64,000 nucleotides of DNA from an uncultured Clostridium sp. (GTDB lineage Bacteria > Bacillota > Clostridia > Lachnospirales > Lachnospiraceae), in contig UQXF01000001.1 in assembly GCA_900544905.1 (NCBI GenBank), positions 19,504 to 83,503 on the forward strand, given 5' to 3'. Below, in pieces: positions 61,412-64,000 of the stretch. Positions within the stretch are counted from its first letter, which is position 1, and each line of letters begins with the position of its first letter. A model generated the notes under the pieces. It had not been told where the DNA came from, searched no databases, and saw only the letters and a list, made by a program, of their open reading frames with translations. The translations under genes and the position numbers were made by a program.

Positions 61412-62575
61412 TTAATCTAGCAGATAGTTCTTCTCACCGCAAATCCTGCCATCCCGGTAAAATATTCTCGGCACCCGGCGGTTTATATCACAGACAAATT
61501 CATAATTAAAGCTGGCTGACATGCCTGCCAGCTCTTCCACGCTTATATAATTGTCCCCCTGTTTTCCCACCAGCACCACCTCGTCTCCAATCCGGACATC
61601 CGGTATTCCACTCACATCAATCATGGTCTGGTCCATACAGACACGCCCTACAATAGGTACATATTGTCCATGTAACAGCATTCTGCCCTGATTGGACAGC
61701 GCTCTTGGATAACCATCTGCATATCCCACCCCTATGGTTGCAATTTTTTTATCCTCAGGAAGGGTATAGGTTCCGCCATAACCAACCGTCTGTCCCTTTT
61801 TTACCATTTTTACATCCGTAACATGGCTTTTTAACTCCATAGCCGGATATAAAATACATGCCTCCTTATCCATCTCCTCCGAAGGATAAAGCCCATAGGT
61901 GGAGATACCGGAACGCACCATGTCATACAGGTCATTGGGCATTTCCATAATTCCTGCACTGTTGGAAATGTGGCGGATAGCAAAGGTGATTCCCTCCTCC
62001 TCTAACCAGCTTATCATCCGGGTAAAGGAAGCAAGCTGGCAGTTTGCCGAAGCTTTATCCTTTTCATCTGCCTTAAAATAATGTGTAAAAATCCCCTCCA
62101 TATCCAGGTTAGGCAGCTGGGCGATAGCCGCAATTTCTGCAACACTTTCCCTCCCACAGGAAAAACCAATCCGGTTCATTCCGGTGTCAATCTTGATGTG
62201 AAGCTTTCCCGTGCCTCCAAGCCTGCCTGCAGTCTCTGACAATGCCTTTGCCTGTTCACAGGTAAAAATCGTCTGTGTAATATCATATTTTATAAGGTCT
62301 GGAAAAAGGCTTTCATCTGTCATCCCCAATATCAGTATCGGCTTGACAACTCCGGCTCTTCTCAGTTCAACTGCCTCATCAATACAGGCAACGCCAAAAT
62401 AGTCTGCCAAATCCTCCAATGCCTCTGCAACCTCTATTGCACCATGCCCATAGGCATTGGCTTTGATTACTGCCAGAAGCTTCTTTCCCCCCGGGATACA
62501 GCCTCTCATAGTCTCAATATTTTTTCTTATGGCATCCAGGCTGATATCCGCCTGAACCCGGTAATATTTACCCAT
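61412..62575 (-). CDS. alr: Alanine racemase
   Basis: The 387-aa product has the PLP-binding motif AVIKANAYGHGA near the N-terminus. Confidence 0.9.
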   Translation of the reverse strand: MGKYYRVQADISLDAIRKNIETMRGCIPGGKKLLAVIKANAYGHGAIEVAEALEDLADYFGVACIDEAVELRRAGVVKPILILGMTDESLFPDLIKYDITQTIFTCEQAKALSETAGRLGGTGKLHIKIDTGMNRIGFSCGRESVAEIAAIAQLPNLDMEGIFTHYFKADEKDKASANCQLASFTRMISWLEEEGITFAIRHISNSAGIMEMPNDLYDMVRSGISTYGLYPSEEMDKEACILYPAMELKSHVTDVKMVKKGQTVGYGGTYTLPEDKKIATIGVGYADGYPRALSNQGRMLLHGQYVPIVGRVCMDQTMIDVSGIPDVRIGDEVVLVGKQGDNYISVEELAGMSASFNYEFVCDINRRVPRIFYRDGRICGEKNYLLD

Positions 62576-62605
62576 CCTTTCATGCCTCCTTAAAATGCCA
62601 TTCCT

Positions 62606-64000
62606 TTATTCCAGCTTGTTTCCACACAACCGCATTACATCCCCCAGGCATTCTATAATATCAGAAGCCAGCATCGCATATTTTCCCTTTTTCTCTGCCG
62701 CCCTGTCACCTGCCTGGCAATGTACATAGGTTCCCATCTTTGCCGCCTCTGCAAGGGATAAGCCTCCTGCTATCATTCCTGCAATAATTCCGGAAAGTAC
62801 ATCCCCGGAGCCTCCTGTGGACATTCCATTATTGCCTGCCAGATTAATATAGGTCTGTTCCCCTCCATTTGTCACAATGGACTTTGCATCCTTCAGCACC
62901 AGGGTTACCCCCATCTTCTTTGCAAACTGCCTTGCTGTCTCAAAACGGTTTTCCGCAATCTCCGGTACGGTTTTACCAATTAACCGGCTCATTTCCTTCA
63001 TATGCGGCGTCATAATCATAGACACGGATGCGGTGTTTAATAATTCAATATTATTTGACAAAATATTCAGTGCATCTGCATCTACAACAAGCGGAACCTC
63101 TGCATTCATTAACAGCTCATAAAGCATCCTTTCTGATGTAATGTCCACTCCAAGTCCCGGTCCTACCACAATGACCGTTGCCCATTTCATTGCATCTTCA
63201 ATACAGGAAAGCGCTCCTTCGTAATCCTTGTAGGTCATCATAACCGCCTCCGGAAGCTGGGACTGGATAATCGTACGGTTGCTTTCGTGTGTATATATCT
63301 TTACCAGCCCTGCTCCTGTCCTGTATGCCGCTTTCCCACATAAAAATGCCGCCCCTGACATATTTTTGCTGCCTGCAATCACTGCCACCTTTCCATAGGT
63401 ACCCTTGTTGGAATTATCAATTCTTTTCGGGAGCTTGCTCATATCAGAGGAATCATACGCATAAATTCTCGGCTTCACCTGTTCAATGGCAGTGTCCGGA
63501 AAACCGATATTGGCACAGACAAGCTTTCCGCAATAATCAATTCCATCTGAAAAAAACATTCCCAGCTTTCGCAAGCCAAAGGTCACCGTATAATCGGCAC
63601 GAAATGCCGCTCCGAGAATCTCACCTGTTGTGGCGTCTATACCGGAAGGCACATCTATGGCAATCTTAACAGCCTCTATCTGATTCAACGACTCAATTGC
63701 TTTCTTTGCCGCTCCTTCAACGGGTCTGGAAAGTCCCACGCCAAAAATTCCATCTACCACCACACTGTAATCCTTATTGGGAATTGCCTTGCGCAGACGG
63801 ATTCCCATATGGCGCAGAATATTCTGCTGAAGCTGGAATTGCGGAGACACCCTTGCCACTGAGCCCACATAAAAAATATCTACATTATATCCCTGTTCTA
63901 ACAGGATTCTTCCCACAGCCAGTCCGTCGCCGCCGTTATTCCCACCTTCCACCGCAATCAAAACTCTTCCTCCGGCAGTGTTAACCTTTTCAACCTGTTT
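62606..64000 (-). CDS. nnr: Bifunctional NAD(P)H-hydrate repair enzyme Nnr (epimerase plus ADP-dependent dehydratase), partial. The N-terminus lies beyond the window end.
   Basis: It has the YjeF_N motif NNGGDG and a C-terminal carbohydrate-kinase domain (GPGLG, GSGDVLSG). The reading frame stays open through position 64000. Confidence 0.8.
   Translation of the reverse strand, partial: KQVEKVNTAGGRVLIAVEGGNNGGDGLAVGRILLEQGYNVDIFYVGSVARVSPQFQLQQNILRHMGIRLRKAIPNKDYSVVVDGIFGVGLSRPVEGAAKKAIESLNQIEAVKIAIDVPSGIDATTGEILGAAFRADYTVTFGLRKLGMFFSDGIDYCGKLVCANIGFPDTAIEQVKPRIYAYDSSDMSKLPKRIDNSNKGTYGKVAVIAGSKNMSGAAFLCGKAAYRTGAGLVKIYTHESNRTIIQSQLPEAVMMTYKDYEGALSCIEDAMKWATVIVVGPGLGVDITSERMLYELLMNAEVPLVVDADALNILSNNIELLNTASVSMIMTPHMKEMSRLIGKTVPEIAENRFETARQFAKKMGVTLVLKDAKSIVTNGGEQTYINLAGNNGMSTGGSGDVLSGIIAGMIAGGLSLAEAAKMGTYVHCQAGDRAAEKKGKYAMLASDIIECLGDVMRLCGNKLE

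Overview
The window is about 64 kb of a low-GC Gram-positive chromosome, probably a Clostridia-type spore-former, with roughly 44% GC, AGGAGG-type ribosome-binding sites and nearly every gene on the minus strand. The backbone is housekeeping. It includes the heat-shock operon (dnaK, grpE, hrcA with its CIRCE operator) and the block lepA, hemW, spoIIP, gpr, rpsT, holA, comEC and comEA; up to comEC the Bacillus order is kept, though comEA here lies beyond a GerM-like gene and a two-component system. It also carries the arginine genes argB, argC and argG, plus apt, spmA/spmB, alr and nnr. A four-subunit 2-oxoacid:ferredoxin oxidoreductase is present. Several efflux clusters sit with TetR, MarR and GntR regulators. 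Accessory and unusual content is as follows. (1) A very large Big_2/Listeria-Bacteroides-repeat surface protein is inserted between hemW and hrcA. (2) A previously unannotated candidate type I toxin-antitoxin locus lies in the rpsT-holA gap: a 29-aa BsrE/BsrH-like hydrophobic peptide with a convergent antisense small RNA that shares a bidirectional terminator. (3) A 556-bp foldback (palindromic) element with perfect 20-bp terminal inverted repeats lies between comEA and a small membrane protein. (4) An ECF sigma factor gene is broken by a 2-nt frameshift in a TA tract, and sits upstream of a putative anti-sigma factor and an ABC transporter. (5) A three-gene unit encodes an HTH-GNAT fusion, a DnaA-domain-III-only AAA+ ATPase and a coiled-coil protein built from near-perfect 21/42-bp tandem repeats. 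(6) A MazF/EndoA toxin gene lies directly downstream of alr with no recognisable antitoxin ORF. (7) A DUF3368/UPF0175 toxin-antitoxin pair sits next to a PadR regulator paired with a HAAS-domain FtsW-like protein. No rRNA, tRNA or CRISPR was found.
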